From Clostridia bacterium (GTDB lineage Bacteria > Bacillota > Clostridia > Oscillospirales > CAG-272), in assembly GCA_017453255.1 (NCBI GenBank), contig JAFTKN010000010.1, positions 280,458 through 344,457 on the forward strand: 64,000 nucleotides of DNA, read 5' to 3'. The position numbers and the translations under genes are program-made. Positions 1 through 10,632 of this stretch are shown here, piece after piece. The notes under the pieces were generated by a model that was given only the letters and a program-made list of their open reading frames with translations, was not told where the DNA came from and searched no databases. The first letter of the stretch is position 1. Every line of letters begins with the position of its first letter.

Positions 1-1828
1 ATGTGTAAATAGGTTTTGGGATATCATATCCATTCCATACACCACACACAAAATAAGGTGAGTAGCCTATAAACCATTTATCTTCGTTGTTGCTTGAGGT
101 GCCTGTTTTGCCTGCTATTTCAATATTTTCAACATCGACACCCTTACCAGTTCCATTTTTTACTACGTTTGCAAGAAGCTTTGTAGTGATATATGCCGTT
201 TCTTCCGAAAAAACTTCAGTTATTTTACTATCATTCTTTAAAATTATATTACCGTTTACATCAGTAACATATAGATACGTTTTTGGATTTGAAATTTTAC
301 CACCATTAACAAATGAACAATAAGCATTACTCATATTTAATAAGCTTTCTCCATTTGTCAACTGACCTAACGCTAACGATGACTCATTATTATCACTATT
401 ATTATAGTTTATACCTAACTTATTTAAATATTTTAGTGAACGATTTATCCCTACTTCCCTTAATACTTTGACGCTAACTGTATTCAACGACCGTTCAACT
501 GCCAATGAAATTGGAACTAATCCTCTGTATTTCTCTGGTGAATTCTTGGGCCAATATTTTCCACTACTCAAAATAAGTGGTGTATCATCATAAACAGATG
601 AATAAGTAGTAACTCCCTCTTCTATAGCTGGTGCATATACAGATAATGGCTTTAATACTGATCCTGGTGGGCGTTTAGTATTTGTAGCTCTGTTCAATAT
701 TAAATTACTATCCTTTTTTCCTATACCGCCAACAATGCCTAAAATATCTGAGGTGTAAGGATCTAATACGATACAACTTGATTGAGGATAACCTTGCTTC
801 TGAGGTGTTAAATACTTAACATAATTTTCATATACTGTTTCGCATTCATTTTGTATCCTTGGATCCACAAGCGAATAAATATTTAGTCCTCCACGTAAAA
901 TGTATTGACGAGCTGATTCCTTACTAATATTATATTTTTTTGATAAATCATTACTTACATCATCAATCAATGCTTCTGTGTACCAAGAAAACGTACCTGT
1001 TTGTGTCAAGTTCTCAACATTTTCGTTAATTAGAAGCACTTCGTTTAATGAATTTTGGTATTCGTCTGTTGTTATCATATTTTGTTCATACATTAATGCT
1101 AAAACAGTTTTAATTCTATTAGTATTATTTTCATAATTCATATATGGATCATAATATTTTGGTGATTTAACTATTGAAGCTAAAGATGCACATTCAGTTA
1201 GACTTAAATCCTTAAGTTCTTTATTAAAATATACCTTTGAAGCAGTATTAACTCCATAACAATTTTGTGAAAGATATACCACGTTAAGATATATTTCTAA
1301 TATTTCTTTTTTATCAAGCTTTTTCTCAAGTTTTAAAGCCCGAAATATCTCATTTATTTTACGTTTAGGAGAATTATCGTTTTCACCAGTTAAATTTTTT
1401 ATTAATTGCTGTGTAATAGTTGAACCACCAAATGACGAGTCTTCAAATTTAAACAAGTAATTAAAAATCGCTTTTACTGTCCTAAGCCAGTCAACACCTG
1501 AATGATCATAAAATCTTTTATCCTCTACGGCAATAAAGGCATTTATTAAGTTATTAGGAATGTCTTCGATAGACACCCATTCACTTTTATTTTGGAAAAT
1601 CTCTTCATCCTGTAGCTCTACTGGGACACCTATTCTATTTTTTCTATCTAGAAAATCGTAATAATATACTCTTGTTATTGAGCTTTTTCGTAAATTATCA
1701 AATGTATAATCAATATTTGTGTCTATTTTTGATATATAAATAATAGAAATTAAAATCATCGTTATAAATAGAAATATACAAGTTAATAATAAAATTTTTA
1801 TCATTTTCTTTCGTCTTTTTTTAGCCAT
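1..1828 (-). CDS. Class A penicillin-binding protein (glycosyltransferase + transpeptidase); C-terminus lies beyond the window edge
   Basis: Absent from the ORF track because its stop is outside the window. My reverse-strand translation from ATG 1828 (AAGGAG 8 nt upstream) stays open to position 1. N-terminal TM anchor MAKKRRKKMIKILLLTCIFLFI. GT51 motifs EDKRFYDHSGVD, GGSTITQQL, RKINE. Transpeptidase motifs PGSVLKPL (SxxK), SLNT (SxN), KTGTS (KTG). Confidence 0.9.
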   Translation of the reverse strand, partial: MAKKRRKKMIKILLLTCIFLFITMILISIIYISKIDTNIDYTFDNLRKSSITRVYYYDFLDRKNRIGVPVELQDEEIFQNKSEWVSIEDIPNNLINAFIAVEDKRFYDHSGVDWLRTVKAIFNYLFKFEDSSFGGSTITQQLIKNLTGENDNSPKRKINEIFRALKLEKKLDKKEILEIYLNVVYLSQNCYGVNTASKVYFNKELKDLSLTECASLASIVKSPKYYDPYMNYENNTNRIKTVLALMYEQNMITTDEYQNSLNEVLLINENVENLTQTGTFSWYTEALIDDVSNDLSKKYNISKESARQYILRGGLNIYSLVDPRIQNECETVYENYVKYLTPQKQGYPQSSCIVLDPYTSDILGIVGGIGKKDSNLILNRATNTKRPPGSVLKPLSVYAPAIEEGVTTYSSVYDDTPLILSSGKYWPKNSPEKYRGLVPISLAVERSLNTVSVKVLREVGINRSLKYLNKLGINYNNSDNNESSLALGQLTNGESLLNMSNAYCSFVNGGKISNPKTYLYVTDVNGNIILKNDSKITEVFSEETAYITTKLLANVVKNGTGKGVDVENIEIAGKTGTSSNNEDKWFIGYSPYFVCGVWNGYDIPKPIYT

Positions 1829-1903
1829 TTTTTTAACTCCTTGAATACAAAATTATTATTTGCTCAATAATATTGTATATTCTTTAAAATGAGGTATTAA
1901 AAA

Positions 1904-2287
1904 ATGGAACAAGAAAATAAAAATACAAATAGTTCAAAAAGCTTACTATCTCAATTATTTAAAATATTCTTTTGTTTAGTAGTTTTGTTATTAATAATTT
2001 ATTTTGGTTTGAAAATATTAACAAAATTAGATAATATAAAAAACGATGAACACACACCTGTTTTTGAAGAAACAAAAGATGAAACTATAAAAGACATAAC
2101 AGAAAAAGACATTTATTGTATAAAAGAATATAATGGGAAAATAGGAATTTATAAAAACGATGCATTAGTATATACAATTGATAAATATGTATTTACTTTA
2201 CCTGAAAATGACAAAAAACTCCTCAGAGACGGTATTTATACAACCGATTCTGAAGAGTTTTATAAAATTATAGAACAATATTATTAA
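1904..2287 (+). CDS. Small membrane-anchored protein with a BofC C-terminal-like domain (function uncertain)
   Basis: 127-aa ORF with one N-terminal TM helix (FKIFFCLVVLLLIIYFGL). The C-terminal pattern YNGKIGIYKND..YTI..FTLPENDKKLLRDGIYT.DSEEFYKIIE resembles the BofC-type fold from memory. Not verified by search. Confidence 0.5.
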   Translation: MEQENKNTNSSKSLLSQLFKIFFCLVVLLLIIYFGLKILTKLDNIKNDEHTPVFEETKDETIKDITEKDIYCIKEYNGKIGIYKNDALVYTIDKYVFTLPENDKKLLRDGIYTTDSEEFYKIIEQYY

Positions 2288-5200
2288 TTTTTAAAAACAA
2301 CAGAATCATCACCAAGTATAGATTTTAAAGCATTAAGTATATCATCGCTTACATCTATCGATATGTCAAGCGCTTTGATATACTTTTTTTCTTTTATGTC
2401 ATAAAAAATTACTTGTGATTCTCCATTATATTGCTTTAATAATTCTATTATTTGACTAACCAATGGATTATTAATTGAATTAACTTTTAAATACAATTTA
2501 CTTTTTTTATTGCTTAATATACTCTTTTCATATACTTCGTTCTCTAAAACGCACTCGAGTTCATTAACAATAAGCTTTGGAGGCTCATCTTCTTTTATGC
2601 TTATTATACCCTTGACAAAAATTACATTGTTAACATACAATAAGTCAGAACACTTTTCGAATAGTTTTGGAAAAACAATGAGTTCTATTTCGCCTAATGA
2701 ATCAGATAATCGTAAAAAGGCCATTTCATCATCGTTTTTCGTTTTTTTAATTGAACGTGAAACAATGATACCAGCAATACTTTTGAGCGATTTATCGGTT
2801 AAATTTTCATCATCAATTATACTAGATATTGGTTCAATTTTGAATTTTGATAAATGCTTGTCATACGAATCTAATATTTTACCAGAAAAGCACATACCCA
2901 AAACCTCTTTTTCAAATAAAAGAAGTTCTTTAGTCGGAAATTCTTTTACATCTGGATAAATAATTTTAGGCAAAGTTTCAGCAAGTTCTTCCTCGCTAAA
3001 CAATTGAGTAATGTCGATCTGACCATTTTTGGTTGTTTTTGCAATACTAATAGCATTATCTAACGCAATCTCATAGGTATAATAGAGTTGAGATCTCTTT
3101 TTACCCAACGAATCAAATGCGCCCGCTTTTATTAATGATTCTACCTGTCGTTTATTAATGTCTGTATCCTTTAATCTATATACAAAATCATCAAATGATT
3201 TGTATTTGCCATTTTTTTCTCTTTCATAAACTATTGAAGAAATAAAGTTTCTGCCAACATTTTTAAGTGCTAACAATCCAAATCTTATGTTATTTCCCTC
3301 AACTGAAAAATTAATATTACTATAATTTACATCTGGAGGCAAAACGTTTATTCCGAGTTTACCACATTCGTCAATATATTCAGAAACCTTAACTACATTA
3401 TTCAAAACAGACGTAATTAATGAAGCGTAGTATTCTTTCGTGTAACGTGCTTTTAAATATGCAGTCCAATAGGATACCATCGCATAAGCAGCTGCATGTG
3501 ATTTATTAAAAGCATATTTTGCAAAGCTTTCCATTTCGTCAAACAGCTTCTCCGCAACTTCTTTTTCTACACCATTATTAATTGCACCACCTACAAAAAC
3601 ATCGTGTTCCTTTTTTAGCTCTTCTTCCTTCTTTTTAGACATAGCTCTTCTTACTATATCAGCTCGTCCATATGAATATCCTGCTACCTTACTAAATATC
3701 TGCATTACTTGCTCTTGGTAAACAATACATCCATATGTAGGTTTTAAAATTGGCTCAATAATTGGTGTTAAATAAGTTATACCACTTTTATTATGGCGCC
3801 TACTAATATATTGAGGAATAGAATCCATTGGTCCTGGACGATAAAGTGCAATACAGGCAATAATATCATCAATTGATGAAGGCTGTAGCTTGGTTAATAC
3901 TTGCCGCATACCAGCAGATTCAAGCTGAAATACACCTTCAGTTCTACCAGAGGATACAAACTTAAAAGTATATTCATCATCAATAGGAATGTTTTTAATG
4001 TTGAAATTAGGCTCAGCTTGTCTAATTATTTTTTCAGTATCAGAAATAATTGTTAAATATCTAATTGCTAAAAAATCGAATTTTAATAATCCAAGCTTGG
4101 CAACAGTATCCATATCAAACTGAGTAACTACCACTCCAGCATTTGTCGCTACAGGTAAGTAATCAACTAAAGGTTTATCTGTAATTACAACACCAGCAGC
4201 ATGTGTAGATGCATGGCGTGGCATCCCCTCAAGCTCCATCGCAGTATCAATAAGCTGACGTATTTTAGGGCTCTCATTATAAAGCTTTTTAAGCTCAGCG
4301 CTCTCCTCTAATGACTCTTTAATGGTTATGTTTAAGCGTTTGGGAATCAGCTTAGAAATTAAATCAACGTCATTATACGGAATATCTAAAACTCGTCCAA
4401 CATCCTTTATTGCAGCCTTTGCTGCTAATGTACCAAAGGTCACTATTTGGGCTACATGATCGTCTCCGTACTTACGTTTGACATAATCAATTACCTCGTC
4501 ACGTCGCTCATAACAAAAGTCAGTATCAATATCGGGCATGCTTATTCTTTCGCTGTTGAGAAAGCGTTCAAAGAGTAAATCATATTTTATTGAATCAATG
4601 TCGGTTATCTCAAGTAAAAATGCTACTAAACTACCAGCAGCCGAACCCCTTCCTGGACCAACAGGGATTCCTTGCTTTTTTGCATAATTAATAAAATCCC
4701 AAACTATAAGGAAATAGTCATTATAGCCCATTTTATCTATTACTGATAACTCATATTCGATACGACTTACGTATATTTCTTTAGTGTTGGTATTAGTAAA
4801 ACAAATTTGACCAGCTTTTTGTCTTTTTTCGAATCCATTATATGTTAAATTTTTTAGATATTCCTTCGAATTCGTATTTTCATCAAGCGGGAATTTTGGA
4901 AGCTTTAATTCATCAAATTTAAAGTCGAAATTGCATTGTTCTGCAATTCTAACGGTATTTTCACAAGCGTTTTCAAAATCTTTAAACAGATGGCGCATTT
5001 CCATCTCATCTTTCATATAAAACTCTTTTGTTGGGAATAGATTAGCTGGCTTTTTTTCAAGAGTTGAGTTCATTTGAACACACATAAGAACTGATTGTAA
5101 ATAGTGATCGTTTTTCTTTAAATAATGAATATCATTCGTACAAACCATAGGAACGTTAAGTTCCTCTGAAAGCTTTAATATAACTTCATTTACAATTTTT

Positions 5201-5748
5201 TGCTCCTCTAATCCATGATCTTGAAGCTCTAAATAAAAATTACCCTCACCAAATATTTCTTGCATAGTTAGAATATGCTCTTTTGCACCATAAATGTCGC
5301 CAGCAACAATAGCTGATGGTATAAATCCAGCTAAACATGCAGACAACGCAATTATGCCTTCACTATGCTGTCTTAAGATATCAAGATCAATACGTGGTTT
5401 GACATAAAAGCCTTCGGTATATCCACATGATACAAGATAAGATAAATTTCTATATCCAATTTCATTTTTAGCAAGTAAAACTAAATGATAATATGATACA
5501 TTATTAATTTTTGATTTTTCAAAACGGCTTTGTGGAGAAAGATAAACCTCACATCCAATGATTGGCTTTATTCCCTCGTTTTTACAAGCACGATAAAATT
5601 CAACTGCACCAAACATATTGCCATGATCAGTTAAAGCAACTGCAGTTTGCCCAAGCTCTTTTGCCATTTTAGGAATGTTTTGAATTCTGCAAGCACCATC
5701 CAAAAGACTATACTCACTGTGCAAATGTAAATGAACAAAACCACTCAT
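2284..5748 (-). CDS. dnaE: DNA polymerase III alpha subunit
   Basis: 1154 aa. N-terminal PHP domain HLHLHSEYSLLDG. Polymerase core GPGRGSAAGSLVAFLLEITDID. C-terminal OB-fold region. Confidence 0.97.
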   Translation of the reverse strand: MSGFVHLHLHSEYSLLDGACRIQNIPKMAKELGQTAVALTDHGNMFGAVEFYRACKNEGIKPIIGCEVYLSPQSRFEKSKINNVSYYHLVLLAKNEIGYRNLSYLVSCGYTEGFYVKPRIDLDILRQHSEGIIALSACLAGFIPSAIVAGDIYGAKEHILTMQEIFGEGNFYLELQDHGLEEQKIVNEVILKLSEELNVPMVCTNDIHYLKKNDHYLQSVLMCVQMNSTLEKKPANLFPTKEFYMKDEMEMRHLFKDFENACENTVRIAEQCNFDFKFDELKLPKFPLDENTNSKEYLKNLTYNGFEKRQKAGQICFTNTNTKEIYVSRIEYELSVIDKMGYNDYFLIVWDFINYAKKQGIPVGPGRGSAAGSLVAFLLEITDIDSIKYDLLFERFLNSERISMPDIDTDFCYERRDEVIDYVKRKYGDDHVAQIVTFGTLAAKAAIKDVGRVLDIPYNDVDLISKLIPKRLNITIKESLEESAELKKLYNESPKIRQLIDTAMELEGMPRHASTHAAGVVITDKPLVDYLPVATNAGVVVTQFDMDTVAKLGLLKFDFLAIRYLTIISDTEKIIRQAEPNFNIKNIPIDDEYTFKFVSSGRTEGVFQLESAGMRQVLTKLQPSSIDDIIACIALYRPGPMDSIPQYISRRHNKSGITYLTPIIEPILKPTYGCIVYQEQVMQIFSKVAGYSYGRADIVRRAMSKKKEEELKKEHDVFVGGAINNGVEKEVAEKLFDEMESFAKYAFNKSHAAAYAMVSYWTAYLKARYTKEYYASLITSVLNNVVKVSEYIDECGKLGINVLPPDVNYSNINFSVEGNNIRFGLLALKNVGRNFISSIVYEREKNGKYKSFDDFVYRLKDTDINKRQVESLIKAGAFDSLGKKRSQLYYTYEIALDNAISIAKTTKNGQIDITQLFSEEELAETLPKIIYPDVKEFPTKELLLFEKEVLGMCFSGKILDSYDKHLSKFKIEPISSIIDDENLTDKSLKSIAGIIVSRSIKKTKNDDEMAFLRLSDSLGEIELIVFPKLFEKCSDLLYVNNVIFVKGIISIKEDEPPKLIVNELECVLENEVYEKSILSNKKSKLYLKVNSINNPLVSQIIELLKQYNGESQVIFYDIKEKKYIKALDISIDVSDDILNALKSILGDDSVVFKN

Positions 5749-5762
5749 TTTCTTTCTCCTTT

Positions 5763-6617
5763 CTATTCTAATGATTTATAAAATTCTAATATTTTTTCAA
5801 GACGATGATATACGCCTGATTTTGATATGGCTGGAGTAAATTGTAAACCTAAATCAGAAAAATTCAAATCTATATGTTCTAATCTCAATTTTGCTGTTTC
5901 TTGCAAATGCTTTGGCAAACACTCAAGCATATTTTTTTCGATTATTCCTTTTATAGCATCGACATATTTTTGTGAAGCAACAATTGATTTATTTATGTTT
6001 GCAGAATCACAGTTTGTTATTCGATTAGCAGTATTTCTAATTTCTTTATTAATTTTACTATTCATAACTATAAAGGCAGAATTTTTCGCACCTATATGTA
6101 TCAAAAAATCTTCTATATCCTCATTACGTTTAAAATAAACAACATATTGCTTACCACGTTTAGACATATGTGGATTTAACCCTAATTCCAAAAGATATTG
6201 TTTTATTTCATCTGCTTGTTCAAAAGACATTAAGATTAACTCCAATTGATATGATTTAGTTGGGTCACAAACCATTCCTCTTGAGGAAAACAAGCCTTTT
6301 AAATAAAATTCGTGGCAATGAGGACATTTGAATACATTATTTTCAATTTCGGCAATTGTAGAATATCGTATTACATCACTTTTTAGGACGATTCTTTTAT
6401 TATTTATTTGAAACAATTCCGGCGATTTCCAAAATAGCTGATTACATATGTTTCCTAAGTTTTCTGCATTTTTTACAAATGTAAAAGACTGCTGAATATA
6501 ATTATCAACAAAGCTTGCAGCAAACATAAATCCATATAAAAAAGAAAATGCACAGCACTTCTTAATTTTATTGTCAAAATTTAATATTTCATCCTTAACT
6601 TGATTAGAAAAAGTCAT
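5763..6617 (-). CDS. whiA: DNA-binding sporulation/cell-division regulator WhiA
   Basis: 284 aa. Typical WhiA N-terminus MTFSNQVKDEI, a degenerate LAGLIDADG-like middle and a C-terminal HTH (SKSGVYHRLEKI). Confidence 0.88.
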   Translation of the reverse strand: MTFSNQVKDEILNFDNKIKKCCAFSFLYGFMFAASFVDNYIQQSFTFVKNAENLGNICNQLFWKSPELFQINNKRIVLKSDVIRYSTIAEIENNVFKCPHCHEFYLKGLFSSRGMVCDPTKSYQLELILMSFEQADEIKQYLLELGLNPHMSKRGKQYVVYFKRNEDIEDFLIHIGAKNSAFIVMNSKINKEIRNTANRITNCDSANINKSIVASQKYVDAIKGIIEKNMLECLPKHLQETAKLRLEHIDLNFSDLGLQFTPAISKSGVYHRLEKILEFYKSLE

Positions 6618-6623
6618 CTTATT

Positions 6624-7529
6624 TTACTCCACAAAAATTATTTCTTCCTCTAATTTTACTTTAAATTCATTGTATATTCTTTCCTTAATTATTGAAATTA
6701 GCGATTGTATATCGTTAGCTTTCGCTTCACCTACATTAATGATAAAGCCAGCATGTTTTTTTGACACTTCTGCTCCACCAACTCGAGTACCTTTTAACCC
6801 TGCTAAATCAATTAACTGAGATGCGTGATTATTTTTTGGCTTTTTAAATACACTCCCTGCACTTGGAAACTCAAGTGGTTGTGTTGAAATTCTTTTTGTT
6901 AAATATGTATTCATTAGTGATTCAATATTAAATTTCAATCCACGTTTAAGCTCAAACACAGTTTCTAAAACAATCAAATGCTTTTTATCAGAAAAGACAC
7001 TTTTCTTTTCTTCAAACAAATGTTCATCATCAAATATATAATATGTTTTAAACAATGATGTATCATAAACAAGCGTTTTTTTAACTACAGTTGAGATTGA
7101 CGAGCCAAAGGCAGATGCATTCATATATAATGCGCCACCAATTGTCGCTGGAATACCATACGCAAACTCCATGCCAGATAAAGAATTTTTTAGAGCAAGC
7201 TCACAACAATCAAACAATAACGTCCCACATTCTGCTATTAATTGTTCGTTATCAACATAACACTTGTTTATTCGTTTGGTGACAATTAATATACCATTGA
7301 AATTTTTATCAGAAAAGTAAGTATTTGTTCCGTTGCCTAAAATATAATGTTTATGTTTTCTCAACAAAACCACATCTAATATTCTAACAAATTGATTTAT
7401 CGTTTTGGGATAAACAACTAATGAAGCCGTTCCACCTACCTGTATAGACACTAATTTAGTTGTTTTTTCAAAGATTTTGTATTCAATGCTTAAATTATCG
7501 CAAAGCTCACAAACGCTTTTATAAACCAC
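6624..7529 (-). CDS. murB: UDP-N-acetylenolpyruvoylglucosamine reductase
   Basis: 301 aa, GTG start with AAGGAG upstream. Motifs GGTASLVVYP, LGNGTN, SAGSVFKKP, GGAEVSKKHAGFIIN. Confidence 0.93.
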   Translation of the reverse strand: MVYKSVCELCDNLSIEYKIFEKTTKLVSIQVGGTASLVVYPKTINQFVRILDVVLLRKHKHYILGNGTNTYFSDKNFNGILIVTKRINKCYVDNEQLIAECGTLLFDCCELALKNSLSGMEFAYGIPATIGGALYMNASAFGSSISTVVKKTLVYDTSLFKTYYIFDDEHLFEEKKSVFSDKKHLIVLETVFELKRGLKFNIESLMNTYLTKRISTQPLEFPSAGSVFKKPKNNHASQLIDLAGLKGTRVGGAEVSKKHAGFIINVGEAKANDIQSLISIIKERIYNEFKVKLEEEIIFVE

Positions 7530-7675
7530 AGAAATGCTCCTTATATTAATCTAAAAATCGTTAACTCATTATAGTTTATGCAGGAGTATATTATTTGGTT
7601 TGTTTTTTGAATAGGTAAACTCATTAGGCGACAATTCCGACATTTTATCCACCTTTAATTAAATGATAAAGCAAA

Positions 7676-9391
7676 TTAAACTTCTTCATTTAAAATATCC
7701 TTAGATTGAGCTATAAGTTCGTTTGCTGCAGCAAACTGCTTTTCAGTTAAATCAATTCCTCCGATAATTCTTGCTATTTCATCAATTCTTTCCCTATCAT
7801 TTAAAACGCGTACGCTTGTTTCAGCACGTCCATCCTTCTCTTCTTTCTTAATCAAGAAATGAGTAGAAGAAAGGGCTGCAATCTGTGCAGAGTGAGTTAC
7901 ACATATCGTCTGTGTATCTTTTGCTATTTGTGCAAGCTTAATTCCAATTTTTTGAGATGTGCTACCAGATACGCCTGTATCAATCTCATCAAAAATTATC
8001 GTTTGGGCACCTTTTTTATTAGAGAGCGTACTTTTTAGAGCAAGCATAATTCTTGATAACTCACCGCCAGAGGCGATTTTGTTCATTTGAGCAAGCTCTT
8101 CTCCAGAGTTAGTAGCAATAAGAAACTCAACATTATCGTAACCATTTGAAGACAATACTAAATTATTATCACGTGTTATCTTTTCAACTGATATTTTGAA
8201 TTTAACCTTAGGCATATCCAAAAACATAAGCGTTTTTTTGACCAAAGCACCTAATTTATTAGCGTTTTCTAACCTGTTTACATGAATTCTATCTGCCAAG
8301 GTACTGGCTTTAGAATATAGTTCCTTATATTCACACTTTAAATCCTCGAGATCACCTTCACCACGTTCTAAATCAAGTATCCTTTTTTCAGCATCTTCCT
8401 TGTGCTTAATAATATCCTTTATTGTTGGTCCATATTTCTTTTGAAGTTGATTGATTAAAGCAAGCCTATCTTCAACAGCAGTTAATTGCTTATCAGGATC
8501 CTCAATTCCTTGAATCATTTTATATTCTAAAACTGTTTCTGCAATATCCTCAATTTCAAATTTAAAATTGTTAAGCTTTTCATAAAGCTCTTTAGCAGAT
8601 GGCTCATAATTCTCTAAACGTTTTAAGGCATCAATTGCCTTTTCAATTAATACAACCGCACTAACACCACTATCATTTTGTAAAAGTAGTTTATAAACAT
8701 TAGAAGAATTTTTTACAATTTTTTCTGCTCCTTTTAGTTTTAATTTTAATTCGGTAAGCCTTTCTTCTTCATCAAATTCCTTCAACTTTGCAAAGGATAT
8801 TTCTTTAATTTGAAGTTTTAGTGCATCAAGCATCATTCTTGTTTGCTTATTTTGTTCTATAAGCCTTGAAATTTCTGACTTTTTTTGAGTTAATTGGTCG
8901 TATAGTATCTTATATTCATCAATTAAATCATGATTTTCAGCATACTCATCAAGCATATAAATGTGGTTTGTTTTATCCATAAAAGAATGATTTTCGTTTT
9001 GACCATGAATATTTATAAGCTTAGATCCAATTAGCTTCAATTGCATCAAGGTTGCAGGACGCGAATTAATTCTTATATTATTCTTACCTTCGGACGTATA
9101 TGTTCTCGAAATAGAAAAAACATCATCAACATCATAAGCTACACCAAGTTCATCGCATAGATCATACACATCCTTGCTAACATTTGAAAAAAATGCAGAA
9201 ACAGTAGAAAAATTTTCACCATATCTAATTATATCTTTATTGGCTTTTGCACCCAGTAACAAATTAATCGAACCGATTATAACAGATTTTCCTGCACCAG
9301 TTTCACCAGTTAAAACGTTAAATCCATGATGAAAATTAATATCAAGGCTTTTTGCGACAGCTATATTTTCAATATGTAAAAAATCAAGCAT
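7676..9391 (-). CDS. recN: DNA repair protein RecN
   Basis: 571 aa. Walker A GETGAGKS, long central coiled coil, C-terminal GGELSRIMLAL signature and IIFDEIDTGVSG Walker B. Confidence 0.95.
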   Translation of the reverse strand: MLDFLHIENIAVAKSLDINFHHGFNVLTGETGAGKSVIIGSINLLLGAKANKDIIRYGENFSTVSAFFSNVSKDVYDLCDELGVAYDVDDVFSISRTYTSEGKNNIRINSRPATLMQLKLIGSKLINIHGQNENHSFMDKTNHIYMLDEYAENHDLIDEYKILYDQLTQKKSEISRLIEQNKQTRMMLDALKLQIKEISFAKLKEFDEEERLTELKLKLKGAEKIVKNSSNVYKLLLQNDSGVSAVVLIEKAIDALKRLENYEPSAKELYEKLNNFKFEIEDIAETVLEYKMIQGIEDPDKQLTAVEDRLALINQLQKKYGPTIKDIIKHKEDAEKRILDLERGEGDLEDLKCEYKELYSKASTLADRIHVNRLENANKLGALVKKTLMFLDMPKVKFKISVEKITRDNNLVLSSNGYDNVEFLIATNSGEELAQMNKIASGGELSRIMLALKSTLSNKKGAQTIIFDEIDTGVSGSTSQKIGIKLAQIAKDTQTICVTHSAQIAALSSTHFLIKKEEKDGRAETSVRVLNDRERIDEIARIIGGIDLTEKQFAAANELIAQSKDILNEEV

Positions 9392-9401
9392 CGAATTTCC
9401 T

Positions 9402-9848
9402 CTATTTTTCTATAATTTTATTTATATTTTCCTTTATTCTAGCACTAGCCTCTGATGATGTAGAAACTAAAATTATGCAGTCGTCACCAGCAACGCAACC
9501 CAAAATGTCCGGATCATGCATTGAATCGATACCAGCAGCAACAGCTTGAGCAAGTCCAGGATTTGTTTTAATAACAACGTTGTTTAAAGCATATTGAATA
9601 TCAATGATAGATGACAATAGTGCTTGACTGTACATTCCAGAATTTTCAATCTCACTCTTAGGAGCTACATACTTGTATACACCATTTTTGGCAATTTTTA
9701 GTAACTTTAGTTGTCGAATATCCCTTGATACAGTAGCTTGAGTAACCTTAAAGCCCTCGTTTCTAAGAGCTTCTATCAAGTCCTCTTGCGTTTCTATATT
9801 CTTACTTGCTATAATTTCTAATACTTTTTCTTGTCTTTTAGATTTCAT
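9402..9848 (-). CDS. argR: Arginine repressor
   Basis: 148 aa. N-terminal winged helix TQATVSRDIRQL. C-terminal oligomerisation/arginine-binding motif GCVAGDDCIILV. Confidence 0.9.
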   Translation of the reverse strand: MKSKRQEKVLEIIASKNIETQEDLIEALRNEGFKVTQATVSRDIRQLKLLKIAKNGVYKYVAPKSEIENSGMYSQALLSSIIDIQYALNNVVIKTNPGLAQAVAAGIDSMHDPDILGCVAGDDCIILVSTSSEASARIKENINKIIEK

Positions 9849-9855
9849 TTTCTCC

Positions 9856-10632
9856 TCACCGATCTAATACAATTTTATTTATATATTCTTTTTCAACTTT
9901 ATTTTTAGATTTTTCAAATATAGCTAAATATTCAATATTTCCGTCCCCACCACTTATTGGTGACTTTATAAAGTTTGTGCAACAATAACCAAGATTTTCA
10001 GCAAAGTCAATAACTTTATTAACAGCAAACAACCTGTCTTTTTCCTTTTTTACTATACCGCCCTTGCCTATTTTTTCCCTTCCTACCTCAAACTGTGGTT
10101 TTATAAGACTTACATATTTACCATCATCTTTTAAAACAGTAAATGCGTTCTTCATTATCAAGGTTTGAGAAATAAAAGACACATCAATAGTTATTACATC
10201 AATCATCTCATTAATGATACTTATATCAACACTCTTTGCATTGAAATTTTCAATTGAAACAACTCGATTGCTGTTTTTTAAAGACTGATCAAGCTGATTC
10301 GTGCCAGAATCTAATGCAAATACTTTTTTTGCCCCGTGCTGCAGTAAGCAATCTGTAAAGCCACCAGTAGAAGCCCCTATATCCAAACAAACAGCATCAG
10401 TTACATTAATCTTGGACAAATCTAAAATTTTTTCAAGCTTAATTCCACCTCGCGAAACATACTTACAATCGTCAAAGATTTTAATATCATATTCGGTCTT
10501 TTCATCAACATCAAACGAAGGTTTAGAAATAGTTTTATTATTGACAGTAACATTGTTTGTCTCTATTAAAATCTTAGCTTTTTGTCGACTTTTAACATAA
10601 CCATTAACAAATAAATATAAATCTAATCTCAT
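9856..10632 (-). CDS. tlyA: TlyA-family rRNA 2'-O-methyltransferase (S4 domain + FtsJ-like methyltransferase)
   Basis: 258 aa. S4-like N-terminus MRLDLYLFVNGYVKSRQKA. SAM-binding LDIGASTGGFTD. Confidence 0.85.
   Translation of the reverse strand: MRLDLYLFVNGYVKSRQKAKILIETNNVTVNNKTISKPSFDVDEKTEYDIKIFDDCKYVSRGGIKLEKILDLSKINVTDAVCLDIGASTGGFTDCLLQHGAKKVFALDSGTNQLDQSLKNSNRVVSIENFNAKSVDISIINEMIDVITIDVSFISQTLIMKNAFTVLKDDGKYVSLIKPQFEVGREKIGKGGIVKKEKDRLFAVNKVIDFAENLGYCCTNFIKSPISGGDGNIEYLAIFEKSKNKVEKEYINKIVLDR

Noticed and set aside
87-323. 78-aa plus-strand ORF, the only track entry in the first 1.9 kb
   Set aside because: It is antisense to the class A PBP gene, which is open across 1-1828 on the minus strand and carries all GT51 and transpeptidase motifs.
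2510-2959. 149-aa plus-strand ORF inside dnaE
   Set aside because: It is a shadow ORF antisense to dnaE, with no SD and no recognisable motif.
7545-7645. Direct repeat TAACTCATTA / AAACTCATTA in the recN-murB intergenic region
   Set aside because: There are only two imperfect 10-mers in AT-rich DNA, with no dyad symmetry and no obvious cognate regulator. This is within chance expectation.
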